The notes under the pieces were generated by a model, which was not told where the DNA came from, did no database searches, and saw nothing but the letters and a program-made list of their open reading frames with translations. A stretch of DNA of 64,000 nt from Roseobacteraceae bacterium (GTDB taxonomy: Bacteria > Pseudomonadota > Alphaproteobacteria > Rhodobacterales > Rhodobacteraceae). This document shows positions 27,064 to 36,070 of the stretch, piece after piece (the stretch's first letter is position 1; each line of letters opens with the position of its first letter). The DNA lies in the NCBI GenBank assembly GCA_048381755.1, contig JBLXGS010000017.1, positions 61,554 to 125,553 of the forward strand, written 5' to 3'. Both the position numbers and the translations under genes were made by a program.

Positions 27064-28226
27064 AAATCCTAAAAATCCTCGAGAAACCCTTGCCGATCAC
27101 CTCGCCCGGGGCGAACGCGGTGGTGGACTTCGCAGGCCTCACCACCACCGCCGTGGCGGTTGTCAGCGATCGCGTCGTCGATGGCAGTCCGCTCGTCGGC
27201 TACGGTTTCGGCTCGATCGGACGCTGGTCGGTCGGCGGCATCCTGCGCGACCGGATGATCCCGCGCCTGATGCGCGAGGATCCGGAGCAGTTGGTGGACG
27301 AGAGCGGTCTGCTCGATCCCTTCCGCTGCTGGGACGTGGCTATGCGCAACGAGAAGCCGGGCGGGCACGGCGACAGGGCGTCGGCGATGGGGGCGCTGGA
27401 CATGGCGCTCTGGGACCTGCGCTCGAAAGCCGAGGAACAGCCGCTCTACAGGCTGCTGGCCGACCGATACCGCGAGGGGGTCGTCGATGAGGATGTCGCC
27501 GTCTATGCGGCAGGAGGCTACTACCAGCAAGAGAAGGGCATCAAGGCACTGGTCGACGAGCTCAAGGGCTACCTTGATCTCGGATACCGCGAGACCAAGA
27601 TCAAGATCGGCGCCGCCCCGCTGGCCGAGGATCTGCGGCGGATCGAGGCGGCGGTCGAAACCATGGGGGGAGGCGACCGGGTTGCGGTAGATGCCAATGG
27701 ACGCTTCGACCTGCGCACTGCGCTCGACTATGCCGCCGCGCTAGAGCCCTTTGGCCTGCGCTGGTACGAAGAAGCCGGAGATCCGCTCGACTACCAGCTG
27801 CAGGCGGTGCTGGCCGAGCACTATTCTGCTCCGCTGGCCACCGGCGAGAACCTGTTTTCGCATCAGGACGCGAGGAACCTGCTGCGCTACGGCGGCATGC
27901 GCTCCGATCGGGACATCCTGCAGTTCGACTGTGGCCTTGCCTACGGGCTACCCGACTACCTCAAAACCTTGGACGAATTGCGCCAGCATGGCTGGTCGCC
28001 GCGCAGTATTCATCCTCACGGCGGGCACCAGATGTCCCTTCATCTCGCGGCGGGGCTCGGGCTGGGCGGAAACGAGAGTTATCCTGGGGTCTTTCAGCCG
28101 CTAGGAGGGTTTGCCGATTGTACCGAAGTGCGGGACGGTCGAGTTCGCCTTCCAGATGCGCCGGGCGTCGGCTTGGAGCTCAAGCAGGGTCTCAACGACT
28201 GGTTGCGCGAAGCCTTCGCGGCCTGA
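27060..28226 (+). CDS. Enolase-superfamily enzyme, mandelate racemase subgroup; resembles D-tartrate dehydratase (TarD)
   Basis: KxK motif TKIKIG, metal ligands in VAVDANGRF, WYEEAGDP and LATGENLF, and the C-terminal PHGGHQMSLHLAAGLGLGGNESYP. The resemblance to Bradyrhizobium TarD is from memory and unverified. ATGA overlap with the upstream gene. Confidence 0.7.
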   Translation: MKILKILEKPLPITSPGANAVVDFAGLTTTAVAVVSDRVVDGSPLVGYGFGSIGRWSVGGILRDRMIPRLMREDPEQLVDESGLLDPFRCWDVAMRNEKPGGHGDRASAMGALDMALWDLRSKAEEQPLYRLLADRYREGVVDEDVAVYAAGGYYQQEKGIKALVDELKGYLDLGYRETKIKIGAAPLAEDLRRIEAAVETMGGGDRVAVDANGRFDLRTALDYAAALEPFGLRWYEEAGDPLDYQLQAVLAEHYSAPLATGENLFSHQDARNLLRYGGMRSDRDILQFDCGLAYGLPDYLKTLDELRQHGWSPRSIHPHGGHQMSLHLAAGLGLGGNESYPGVFQPLGGFADCTEVRDGRVRLPDAPGVGLELKQGLNDWLREAFAA

Positions 28227-28267
28227 CCATAAGCGCCAGCCCACCCTCCCGAATTCCTTGATGCACA

Positions 28268-28298
28268 TCTGTCTGGCGTCCGTGTGGCGCCAGACAGA
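28268..28298 (+). terminator. 11-bp stem hairpin after the three-gene lyase/enolase block
   Basis: TCTGTCTGGCG (28268-28278) pairs with CGCCAGACAGA (28288-28298) across a 9-nt loop, 42 nt after the stop. A second, smaller GCGCGCC/GGCGCGC hairpin follows. No U-run. Confidence 0.5.
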
Positions 28299-28384
28299 AG
28301 AGGCGCGCCCAATGTGGCGCGCGGCACCTTGGTTTTCGCTGGCCGTGAGGGTCGGGTTTTAGGGGCGCCGAAATATCTCTCATC

Positions 28385-28400
28385 AGGAATTTAATTCCTT
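28385..28400. promoter_or_regulatory. AT-rich palindrome AGGAATTTAATTCCTT upstream of the IlvD/Edd-family gene (candidate LysR site)
   Basis: 7-bp arms AGGAATT/AATTCCT around one central T. The 14-mer GAATTTAATTCCTT recurs at 31129-31142 in the LysR divergent promoter. Confidence 0.45.
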
Positions 28401-28455
28401 TGGAGAATTTGAGTCACGAAATCTAGCCTGCGCCCGACGCAATGGAAGGACGGTC

Positions 28456-30183
28456 ATGAGCACTCAGGATTCCGACGACAAACCCCTTGGCTACACTCGG
28501 GGGCTCACCAATTACGGCGATGCAGGGTTTTCGCGCTACCTCCGGCGCGGTTTCGCGCGGTCGACCGGCATTTCGACCAACATGCTGGAGAAGCCCATCG
28601 TGGGCATCGCCATGACGCCGTCTGCCTTCAACAATTGCCACCGCTACATGCCAGACCTCGTTGAGGCCGTGTCGCGCGGGGTACTGGCTGCTGGCGCGCT
28701 GCCGCGGCCCTTCTCGACGATCTCTCTGGGTGAGGTGAACCTCAATCCGACCAGCATGATGTTCCGCAACTTGATGTCGATGGACACAGAGGAGATGGTG
28801 CTGGCCCAGCCGATGGATTCCGTCGTGATGATCGGCGGCTGCGACAAGACCGTGCCGGCGCAATTGATGGGCGGGATTTCCGCAGGGCGGCCAATGGTGC
28901 AACTGGTGACCGGGCCGATGTCGACCTCACGCCACAGGGGGGAGCGGGTCGGCGCCTGCACCGATTGTCGCCGCTACTGGGGGCAATATCGCGCCGGTGA
29001 GGTCGATGACGAGGAGATCGTCGAGATCGAAGGGCGGCTTTCCTCGACTGCCGGAACATGCGCGGTGATGGGCACGGCTAGCACCATGGCGATCATCGCC
29101 GAGGTGCTGGGGCTGGCCTTGCCAAACTCGGCCGCCATTCCGGCGGTGGATTCGCAACGGCTTGCCATGGCCGAGCGCTGCGGCGAGGTCGCGGTCGACC
29201 TGCTGCACCGGCCGATCCGGCCGTCCGACGTGGTGAATGAGAAATCCGTCGAGAACGCCTTTCGGGCGCTTATCGCGATCGGCGGTTCCACCAATGCGAT
29301 CATCCACCTCACCGCGATAGCCGGGCGGGCGGGGGTGCGCATCCCCTTGTCGCGGATCAACGAGATCTCGGACGAGACACCGACGCTGGTGAACCTCAAG
29401 CCTGTGGGCGAGGGGTACATGGAGGACCTTTTCGCCGCAGGTGGCGTACCGGCGATCCTGCACGAGCTTCGAGATCTGCTCCACCTCGACGTGATGAATG
29501 TCGAAGGCACGACGCTCGCCGAGCAACTCGCCGAAGCGCCGAAATGGGTCGATCGGACTTACATCCGGGCAAGGAATACGCCGATATCCGCGGTCGGCGG
29601 GCTGATAGCCCTGCACGGAAGCCTCGCGCCGAACGGCGCGATCCTGAAACGTGCCGCGGCAACGGCTGACCTATTCGAGGTCGAGGCGAAGGCGGTGGTC
29701 TTCGACGGTCTCGAAGACCTGGCGAACCGCATCGACGACCCGGACCTTGATGTCGCGGCGGAAGACATCCTCGTGCTCAAGAATGCGGGCCCGGTTGCAA
29801 CCGGGATGCCCGAGTCCGGTTACCTGCCGATCCCCAAGAAGTTGGCCCGAGCGGGCGTGAAGGACATGATCCGTATCTCGGATGCGCGCATGTCCGGCAC
29901 GGCATTCGGCACGATTGTTCTGCATATCTCACCCGAGGCGGGTGTCGGCGGTCCGCTGGCGGCGGTGCGGGACGGGGACCGCATCCGGCTTTCGGTGAAG
30001 GACAAGCGGATCGACCTGCTGGTTGATGAGGCCGAGGTCGAAAGAAGGCTGTCAGAGATCGCGAAACCGGCCGTTGCAACCCGCGGCTACCGTTCGCTCT
30101 TTGCGAAGACCGTGACGCAGGCTGAGCTTGGCTGCGATTTTGACTTCCTGATGCATGACGATCTGCTCACAAGAACGGAGTAG
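28456..30183 (+). CDS. IlvD/Edd family dehydratase (sugar-acid dehydratase-like)
   Basis: 575 aa. GIAMTPSAFNNCH, the Fe-S ligand region MIGGCDKTVPAQLMG, CAVMGTASTM and SDARMSGT are typical of the family. Confidence 0.85.
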   Translation: MSTQDSDDKPLGYTRGLTNYGDAGFSRYLRRGFARSTGISTNMLEKPIVGIAMTPSAFNNCHRYMPDLVEAVSRGVLAAGALPRPFSTISLGEVNLNPTSMMFRNLMSMDTEEMVLAQPMDSVVMIGGCDKTVPAQLMGGISAGRPMVQLVTGPMSTSRHRGERVGACTDCRRYWGQYRAGEVDDEEIVEIEGRLSSTAGTCAVMGTASTMAIIAEVLGLALPNSAAIPAVDSQRLAMAERCGEVAVDLLHRPIRPSDVVNEKSVENAFRALIAIGGSTNAIIHLTAIAGRAGVRIPLSRINEISDETPTLVNLKPVGEGYMEDLFAAGGVPAILHELRDLLHLDVMNVEGTTLAEQLAEAPKWVDRTYIRARNTPISAVGGLIALHGSLAPNGAILKRAAATADLFEVEAKAVVFDGLEDLANRIDDPDLDVAAEDILVLKNAGPVATGMPESGYLPIPKKLARAGVKDMIRISDARMSGTAFGTIVLHISPEAGVGGPLAAVRDGDRIRLSVKDKRIDLLVDEAEVERRLSEIAKPAVATRGYRSLFAKTVTQAELGCDFDFLMHDDLLTRTE

Positions 30184-31102
30184 GCGGCTGGGTGTCTGGC
30201 AGGGAGAGGAGGGGCCTCGAGAAATCGCAGGCCTCTTTCATCGTGTCTGTGAGCAACGATAGGCGGCCGCCAACGTGCAACCGGCGAAACAGCGCCACGT
30301 AGCGCACCGGTGGGAGGGCCTTGTCGCAGCCGAGGTATTTGACGCGCCCGCTGTCCACCACGTCGCGCAGGCAGTCCCGCGGCAGAAAGGCGACGCCGAA
30401 GCCCGAGACAGCAAGAGACAGCATCGCGCCGAAATTGCTGGTGTGCATCGGTGCAGCGAGCGTCAGTTGGTTGCGTCCGAGCCAGCCCGAGAAGATCCGG
30501 CCTGCGCCCGAGGCGTTGGTCTGGGTGATCACCGTATGCTCGACAAGTTCATGCAGCGGCAAGAAGTCTTCCGCGATGTAGGACTGGCTGGTGACCCATG
30601 CGTTGGGGACGTCCGACAGGACGACCTTTTCGAACCGCGGGTCGGAGAAGGCATCCGGCACGATTGCGATGTCGAGCTTTTCGTCGATGAGATCGTCGAA
30701 AAGCCGCGCCGACAGGTCTACTTGCGGCAACACTTCCAGCTCCGGATCCTGCTCGCGCATAAGCTTGAGCCAGGTCCCGAGCCAAGTCATCGCGGTCAGG
30801 TCAGTTACCCCGATGCGCGCCACGCGCTGCTCGGCGTAGCCGCCGCTGACCACCTCGCCGAGCCGTCCGCGCAGCTGGATCAGTTCCGACGCGATGGCGA
30901 GCACCTCTTCGCCGCGCGGGGTAAGCATGATGGTCTTTCGCGACCGGTTGAAAAGCTGAACCCCAAGCGATGCCTCGAGCTCGCGGATGCGTTTCGCGAC
31001 CGCCGATTGCGTCGTGTTGAGATGCAACGAAGCCGCCTTGAACGAGCCCAGCTCTGCCGCCCAGTAGAGCGCTTCGAGTTGCTTGAAAGTAACGGCATCC
31101 AT
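30167..31102 (-). CDS. LysR family transcriptional regulator
   Basis: N-terminal HTH FKQLEALYWAAELGSFKAASLHLNTTQSAVAKRIRELEASLGVQLFNR, 311 aa. Its 3' end overlaps the convergent dehydratase gene by 17 nt. Confidence 0.9.
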   Translation of the reverse strand: MDAVTFKQLEALYWAAELGSFKAASLHLNTTQSAVAKRIRELEASLGVQLFNRSRKTIMLTPRGEEVLAIASELIQLRGRLGEVVSGGYAEQRVARIGVTDLTAMTWLGTWLKLMREQDPELEVLPQVDLSARLFDDLIDEKLDIAIVPDAFSDPRFEKVVLSDVPNAWVTSQSYIAEDFLPLHELVEHTVITQTNASGAGRIFSGWLGRNQLTLAAPMHTSNFGAMLSLAVSGFGVAFLPRDCLRDVVDSGRVKYLGCDKALPPVRYVALFRRLHVGGRLSLLTDTMKEACDFSRPLLSLPDTQPPTPFL

Positions 31103-31128
31103 GCAAAATATCCAATTTTTCGTGGCGC

Positions 31129-31142
31129 GAATTTAATTCCTT
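31129..31142. promoter_or_regulatory. Second copy of the GAATTTAATTCCTT motif, in the LysR / SDR divergent promoter
   Basis: Identical 14-mer to 28387-28400. It is flanked by two ATCCAATT direct repeats (31110-31117 and 31151-31158). Confidence 0.45.
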
Positions 31143-31217
31143 CATAGGCGATCCAATTCGTTTGAGGCAACCCGCTCCGGCTCACACAATGCTCCCAACC
31201 ACGAGACGGGAGGTACA

Positions 31218-31997
31218 ATGGAACTCGGACTTTCAGGAAAAACGGCAATGGTTCTGGGCGCGGCCGGCGGGCTTGGCGGAGCCATGGCGCGCAAGCTACA
31301 TGCCGAGGGTGCCAAAGTTGCACTGGTCGATCTCTCGGAGGAGGGACTCGAAGTCATCGCGGGCGAACTTGGCCCCGAGCGCACCATGAAAGTGGTCTGG
31401 AATTTGGCTGAAACCGACCAGATCGACCAGAAGGTCCGCGAGATCGAGGCTCGGCTCGGCCCGGTCGACGTGCTGGTCAACAACACCGGTGGGCCGCCTC
31501 CGACCAAAGCAGAGGGGCAGGACGAGGCGCTCTGGCGGTCGAACTTCGAGAGTATGGTGCTCTCGGTGATCAAGCTCACGGATCGCGTTCTGCCGGGGAT
31601 GAAGAAGTCTGGCTGGGGCAGGGTGATCACCAGCACCTCCTCCGGCGTGGTCGCACCGATCCCCAACCTTGCCGTCTCCAATGCGCTTCGCATGTCGCTC
31701 GTGGGCTGGTCCAAGACGCTTGCCAAGGAGGTCGGGCGCGATGGCATCACGTGCAATGTCGTTCTGCCCGGGCGGATCGCGACGCGTCGCATCGTGCAAC
31801 TCGACGCGGCCAAGGCCGAGCGCGAGGGGCGCAGTGTCGAAGAAGTCTCGAAGGAGAGCACGGCCTCGATAGCCGTCGGCCGTTATGGCGAGCCGGATGA
31901 ATACGGCAACGTCGTCGCTTTCCTGGCATCGACCGCCGCGTCCTACGTCACCGGCAGTGTGATCCGCATCGATGGCGGACTGATCGCGAGCGCCTGA
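31218..31997 (+). CDS. SDR family oxidoreductase
   Basis: Cofactor motif VLGAAGGLGGAMA and NNTGG, about 259 aa. There is no canonical YxxxK; the corresponding region reads SNALRMSLVGWSK. Confidence 0.8.
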   Translation: MELGLSGKTAMVLGAAGGLGGAMARKLHAEGAKVALVDLSEEGLEVIAGELGPERTMKVVWNLAETDQIDQKVREIEARLGPVDVLVNNTGGPPPTKAEGQDEALWRSNFESMVLSVIKLTDRVLPGMKKSGWGRVITSTSSGVVAPIPNLAVSNALRMSLVGWSKTLAKEVGRDGITCNVVLPGRIATRRIVQLDAAKAEREGRSVEEVSKESTASIAVGRYGEPDEYGNVVAFLASTAASYVTGSVIRIDGGLIASA

Positions 31998-31999
31998 AG

Positions 32000-32716
32000 A
32001 TGAAGGATGTGACCGATAATGCGCGGATCGAGGCGCTCAGATCGATATCGACGGCGACGATCACCACGCTGCTCTTCAAGAAGGGCATCCGCAATGTCTG
32101 GTGCCGCGGGGTAAAGCCGGTCGATTACGGTCAGCCACGTCTCGCGGGCCGCGCCTTCACCATGCGCTTCGTGCCGCAGCGCGAGGACCTGTCGTCGGCC
32201 AGCGCGTGGTCTTCACCGACTTCGACCCGTGCTGCTGTCGAAGCTGCGCAGGAAAACGCGATCGTCGTGGTCGACGCCTGCGCACGGGCGAATGCGGGGG
32301 TCTTCGGTGACATCCTGAGCGCGCGTCTGGCACGGCGCGGCATTCAGGCGCTGGTGACCGATGGTGCCGTGCGCGATCGCGATGGCGTCCTGAGGAGCGG
32401 GCTGCCGGTGTGGTCTGCCGATATCGCGGCGCCGCCAGCCATCTCGGATCTGGTTTTCGCCGGCTGGGACCAGCTGGTCTCCTGCGGCGGCGTGCCGGTG
32501 CATCCGGGAGAGATGATCGTCGCCGACGGTGACGGCGCAGTGGTGATCCCCGAGCCCCTACTCGATGCCGTGATCGAAGAGGGCCTCGAGATGGAAACCA
32601 TGGAGGAATGGATTTTGGCCGAGGTCATCGGAGGGCACCCGCTGGCCGGCATCTACCCCATCAACGAGGAGAACAGGCAGCGCTACCAGCGTGCGCGCGA
32701 CGAAGACCAAAAGTGA
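32000..32716 (+). CDS. RraA family protein (class II aldolase / oxaloacetate decarboxylase type, HMG/CHA-aldolase-like)
   Basis: GDILSARLARRGIQALVTDGAVRD and ADGDGAVVIP are typical RraA/PF03737-type segments. 238 aa. Confidence 0.75.
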   Translation: MKDVTDNARIEALRSISTATITTLLFKKGIRNVWCRGVKPVDYGQPRLAGRAFTMRFVPQREDLSSASAWSSPTSTRAAVEAAQENAIVVVDACARANAGVFGDILSARLARRGIQALVTDGAVRDRDGVLRSGLPVWSADIAAPPAISDLVFAGWDQLVSCGGVPVHPGEMIVADGDGAVVIPEPLLDAVIEEGLEMETMEEWILAEVIGGHPLAGIYPINEENRQRYQRARDEDQK

Positions 32717-32740
32717 CATTTCACATCTAGGGAGGAAGAC

Positions 32741-33763
32741 ATGAAATTCATCACGAAACTGGCAGCCACGAGTGCTCTGGCGATCTCGGTCGCCGGCACC
32801 GCCTGGGCGGTGGACCTAAGGGTTCAGACAAGCCAGAACTCGGGCATCTCGACTTTCAACTACATCAGCGAGACCTGGGCGCCGAAGCTCGAGGCGATGA
32901 CGGGAGGAGAGGTCACCATCGAGTTCCTGCCGATCAGCTCTGTCGTGCCTTATCGTGACACGCTCGACGCTGTGTCCATGGGTGTGCTCGAGGGGGATCT
33001 CACCGCGATTGGCTATTTCTCTGGGCGCGATCCTGCGCTCGCGCTGATGGGGGACCTTGTCGCTGGCTATGACACGCCCGAGCAGATGCAGATGTTCTGC
33101 GCCCGCGGCGGCGGCAAGGAGATGCTGCAGAAGATCTACGACGAGGTGAGCCCGGGTGTGCATGTGATCGGCTGCGGACCCTACAACAAGGAAGCCTTCG
33201 TCGCCCGGGTGCCGATCCGCGGCGTCGCCGATTTCGAAGGCAAGAAAGTGCGCTCGCCAGAGGGGCTGCCTTCGGATGTCTTCGCCCGAATGGGGGCCTC
33301 GCCGGTCTCTCTGCCGCAGTCGGAAGTGTTCACTGCGCTCGACAAGGGCGTCGTCGATGCCGCGGATGCTTCGGCCTATTCCAACAACCAGAAGGCGGGC
33401 ATGCACGAGATCGCAAGCTACCCGCTCTATCCGGGCATCCATTCCATGTCGATGCTGCAGTTCACGCTCAATCAGGATGTCTGGGACGGGCTGAGCGATG
33501 CCGACAAGGCGGCGCTCGAGATCTGGTGGCAAGCGATGATTGTCGATCTACGGCGTTACAGCCTCGAGGAAGACCAGAAGGCGGTCGCGGCGGACATCGA
33601 GAGCGGCGAGGTCGAGATCATCGATTGGTCGCAGGAGGAACGCGACAAGCTGCGCGCGATCGCCGAGGAGGCCTGGCAGAGCTACGCTTCGCGCTCGGAA
33701 CTGGCGCAGGAAGCCTTCGATACGCACCTGGCGTACATGAAGAGCATCGGCCTCTCCGAGTAA
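32741..33763 (+). CDS. dctP: TRAP transporter substrate-binding protein (DctP family)
   Basis: Signal peptide MKFITKLAATSALAISVAGTAWA, about 340 aa, followed by a fused DctQM permease. SD GGGAGGAAG. Confidence 0.85.
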   Translation: MKFITKLAATSALAISVAGTAWAVDLRVQTSQNSGISTFNYISETWAPKLEAMTGGEVTIEFLPISSVVPYRDTLDAVSMGVLEGDLTAIGYFSGRDPALALMGDLVAGYDTPEQMQMFCARGGGKEMLQKIYDEVSPGVHVIGCGPYNKEAFVARVPIRGVADFEGKKVRSPEGLPSDVFARMGASPVSLPQSEVFTALDKGVVDAADASAYSNNQKAGMHEIASYPLYPGIHSMSMLQFTLNQDVWDGLSDADKAALEIWWQAMIVDLRRYSLEEDQKAVAADIESGEVEIIDWSQEERDKLRAIAEEAWQSYASRSELAQEAFDTHLAYMKSIGLSE

Positions 33764-33826
33764 CCTTACGGTCCGGGGCGGCCAACCGTGGCACGCTCCC
33801 GGACCCCTGCCAGGGAACCGATTCCT

Positions 33827-35887
33827 ATGTCATATGAAACGACAGACCCCGATGCGGTGGCCCAGTTCGCACCGGATCATGAGGCGCGTGGTTCAGAACG
33901 CTATGGGCTGACCGACCGCATTAGCCATTTCGTCGGGATTGCGGTCGCCCAACTCTTCATCTTTGCCGCAGCGATAACCCTGCTCGAAGTCGTGCTGCGC
34001 TACGTCTTCAACGCTCCGACGTCCTGGGCCTTCGAAGTGGTGATCGTGATAAGCGCCACGGCCTGGATGCTCTCGGCGGGCTACATCACGATGCGGCACC
34101 GGCACATTGCTATTACCCTGATCCACGATATGGTCTCGCCGGGCACGCGCTGGTGGCTGGACCTCTGGGCGCTGGTGGTCGGCGTCCTGGCGCTCTACCT
34201 GCTGCTGTCGGACTCGCTGCAACGCGCGATCCACGCGGTCGAGATTGTCGAGCGCTCCGGGACGCGGTTCAATTCGCCGCTTCCGATGCTCCTGCGGATC
34301 GCACTGGCCTCCGGGGCGGCGATCTATCTGGCGCAGCTCTTGCGCAACCTCTATCTGCATGTCGAACGTCGTCCGGCCAAACTGGCGGTGCGCGTGCTCA
34401 CGGGGCTGGTGGCGCTTTCGGTCCTGATCACAGTCGCGGCGGATTTCGTCAGCGATGACGGGATCATCGCTGCCGCAGCACAGGCGCTCGGCAGCGCCGG
34501 AGCCCTTCTTGATCCGTCGCAGTACCTCGACATGCGATCCTACGACATCGGGGCTATCTGCCTCGTCACCATCGCGGTCCTGATCTTCCTCATGGGCACG
34601 GGTATGCCCTTGGGCGTCGTCACTCTCATCGTCTCGATCCTCTTTGCGCTGGCCTTTTTCGGCCCGCGCGGCCTCTATCTCGTGTCCACGAACGCCTACG
34701 GCCTGCTGGAGAAATACAGCCTCGTCGCGGTGCCGATGTTCGTGCTCATGGCGTCGCTGCTCGAGAAGGCGGGGGTAGCCAAGGACCTGTTCAACGCCAT
34801 GTCGATCTTTGCCGGCAACCTGCGCGGCGGCGTGGCGATCCAGACCGTTGTCGTCTCGGTCATCATCGCGGCGATGTCGGGAGTGATCGGCGGCGAGATT
34901 GTGATGCTCGGGCTTGTGGCGCTGCCGCAGATGTTCCGGCTCGGTTACGACCGCAAGCTCTCCATCGGGCTGATCTGTGCTTCGGGCGCGCTGGCGACGC
35001 TGATCCCACCGTCGATCATAATGATCATCTACGGGCTTTCGGCCGAGGTCAGCATCGGCAACCTATTCATGGCGGGGGCGACGCCGGGGCTCATGCTGGC
35101 CTTTGCCTATGGCGCCTTCGTGCTCATCCGTTGCTACCTGAACCCTAGCCTCGCCCCGACGGCGCGCGAGAGCGAGGAAAAGAGCGGCGAGAGCATCAAG
35201 CTCGACCGGGCGGCGATCACCGCGGTGATCATGAGCGTCGGGCTGGTTTTCTGCGTCATGGGCTCGATCTACACCGGCATCGCTTCGGTCACCGAAGCGG
35301 CGGCGGTCGGCGTTGCAGGTGCGATCCTCGTGGCGCTGGTGCGTAATCACATGAACTGGGACACGCTGCAGGCGTCACTGCTCGGCACGATGACGACAGT
35401 CGGTACGATCGTCTGGCTGATCCTCGGAGCGGTGAGCTTTGTGGGGATCTTCAACCTGATCGGCGGTGCCAACTACCTGCGCGAGATGATGCTCGGTATC
35501 GGTCTGCCACCCCTGGGGATCATCCTCGTGATGATGGCGATCCTCATGGTGCTTGGCACGTTTCTCGAATGGATCGCCATCGCATTCATCACGGTGCCAG
35601 TCTTTGCTCCCGTGGTGGCCACGCTGGCGCCTGAACTCGGCATGGACCCGTCATGGGCCGCCGTGTGGTTTGGCGTGCTCTTCGTGATGAACATACAGAT
35701 CTACTTTCTGTCGCCGCCGTTCGGCCCTGCGTGCTTCTGGCTCAAAAGCGTGGCGCCGCCGGACGTATCGCTTCAAGAGATCTTCCTGGGCGTGCTTCCG
35801 TTCATTGCCATCCAGGTCGTTGGTCTTGCCCTCGTCCTGATCTTTCCCGACATCGCGCTCTGGCTTCCCAAGGCGCTCAGCAATTGA
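33827..35887 (+). CDS. TRAP transporter fused small/large permease (DctQ-DctM fusion)
   Basis: An N-terminal four-TM DctQ-like part and a C-terminal DctM-like part (MFVLMASLLEKAGVAKDLF...). The start is uncertain: ATG 33827 is used here, and GTG 33788 is the track start. Confidence 0.85.
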   Translation: MSYETTDPDAVAQFAPDHEARGSERYGLTDRISHFVGIAVAQLFIFAAAITLLEVVLRYVFNAPTSWAFEVVIVISATAWMLSAGYITMRHRHIAITLIHDMVSPGTRWWLDLWALVVGVLALYLLLSDSLQRAIHAVEIVERSGTRFNSPLPMLLRIALASGAAIYLAQLLRNLYLHVERRPAKLAVRVLTGLVALSVLITVAADFVSDDGIIAAAAQALGSAGALLDPSQYLDMRSYDIGAICLVTIAVLIFLMGTGMPLGVVTLIVSILFALAFFGPRGLYLVSTNAYGLLEKYSLVAVPMFVLMASLLEKAGVAKDLFNAMSIFAGNLRGGVAIQTVVVSVIIAAMSGVIGGEIVMLGLVALPQMFRLGYDRKLSIGLICASGALATLIPPSIIMIIYGLSAEVSIGNLFMAGATPGLMLAFAYGAFVLIRCYLNPSLAPTARESEEKSGESIKLDRAAITAVIMSVGLVFCVMGSIYTGIASVTEAAAVGVAGAILVALVRNHMNWDTLQASLLGTMTTVGTIVWLILGAVSFVGIFNLIGGANYLREMMLGIGLPPLGIILVMMAILMVLGTFLEWIAIAFITVPVFAPVVATLAPELGMDPSWAAVWFGVLFVMNIQIYFLSPPFGPACFWLKSVAPPDVSLQEIFLGVLPFIAIQVVGLALVLIFPDIALWLPKALSN

Positions 35888-35896
35888 GGACTTCGA

Positions 35897-36028
35897 ATGG
35901 ACACGGAAGGACATAAGCAGGCCAGCGACCACCGCACCTATGGGATGATGGCACCGCTTGCCGGCATTCTGCTGTTTGCAGCCATTCTCGCGGTGATGCT
36001 CGGGCTCTCCGACATCTTCATCAACTGA
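35897..36028 (+). CDS. Unannotated 43-aa single-pass membrane peptide (hypothetical)
   Basis: Below the ORF-track size cut-off. GAGGA lies 6 nt before ATG 35897. My translation is MDTEGHKQASDHRTYGMMAPLAGILLFAAILAVMLGLSDIFIN: a charged N-terminus followed by one ~22-residue hydrophobic helix. It starts 9 nt after the TRAP permease stop. Confidence 0.45.
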   Translation: MDTEGHKQASDHRTYGMMAPLAGILLFAAILAVMLGLSDIFIN

Positions 36029-36070
36029 TCCTAAACCCACCCATCCAAAGTGAAATCGAAGGAGTGAATT

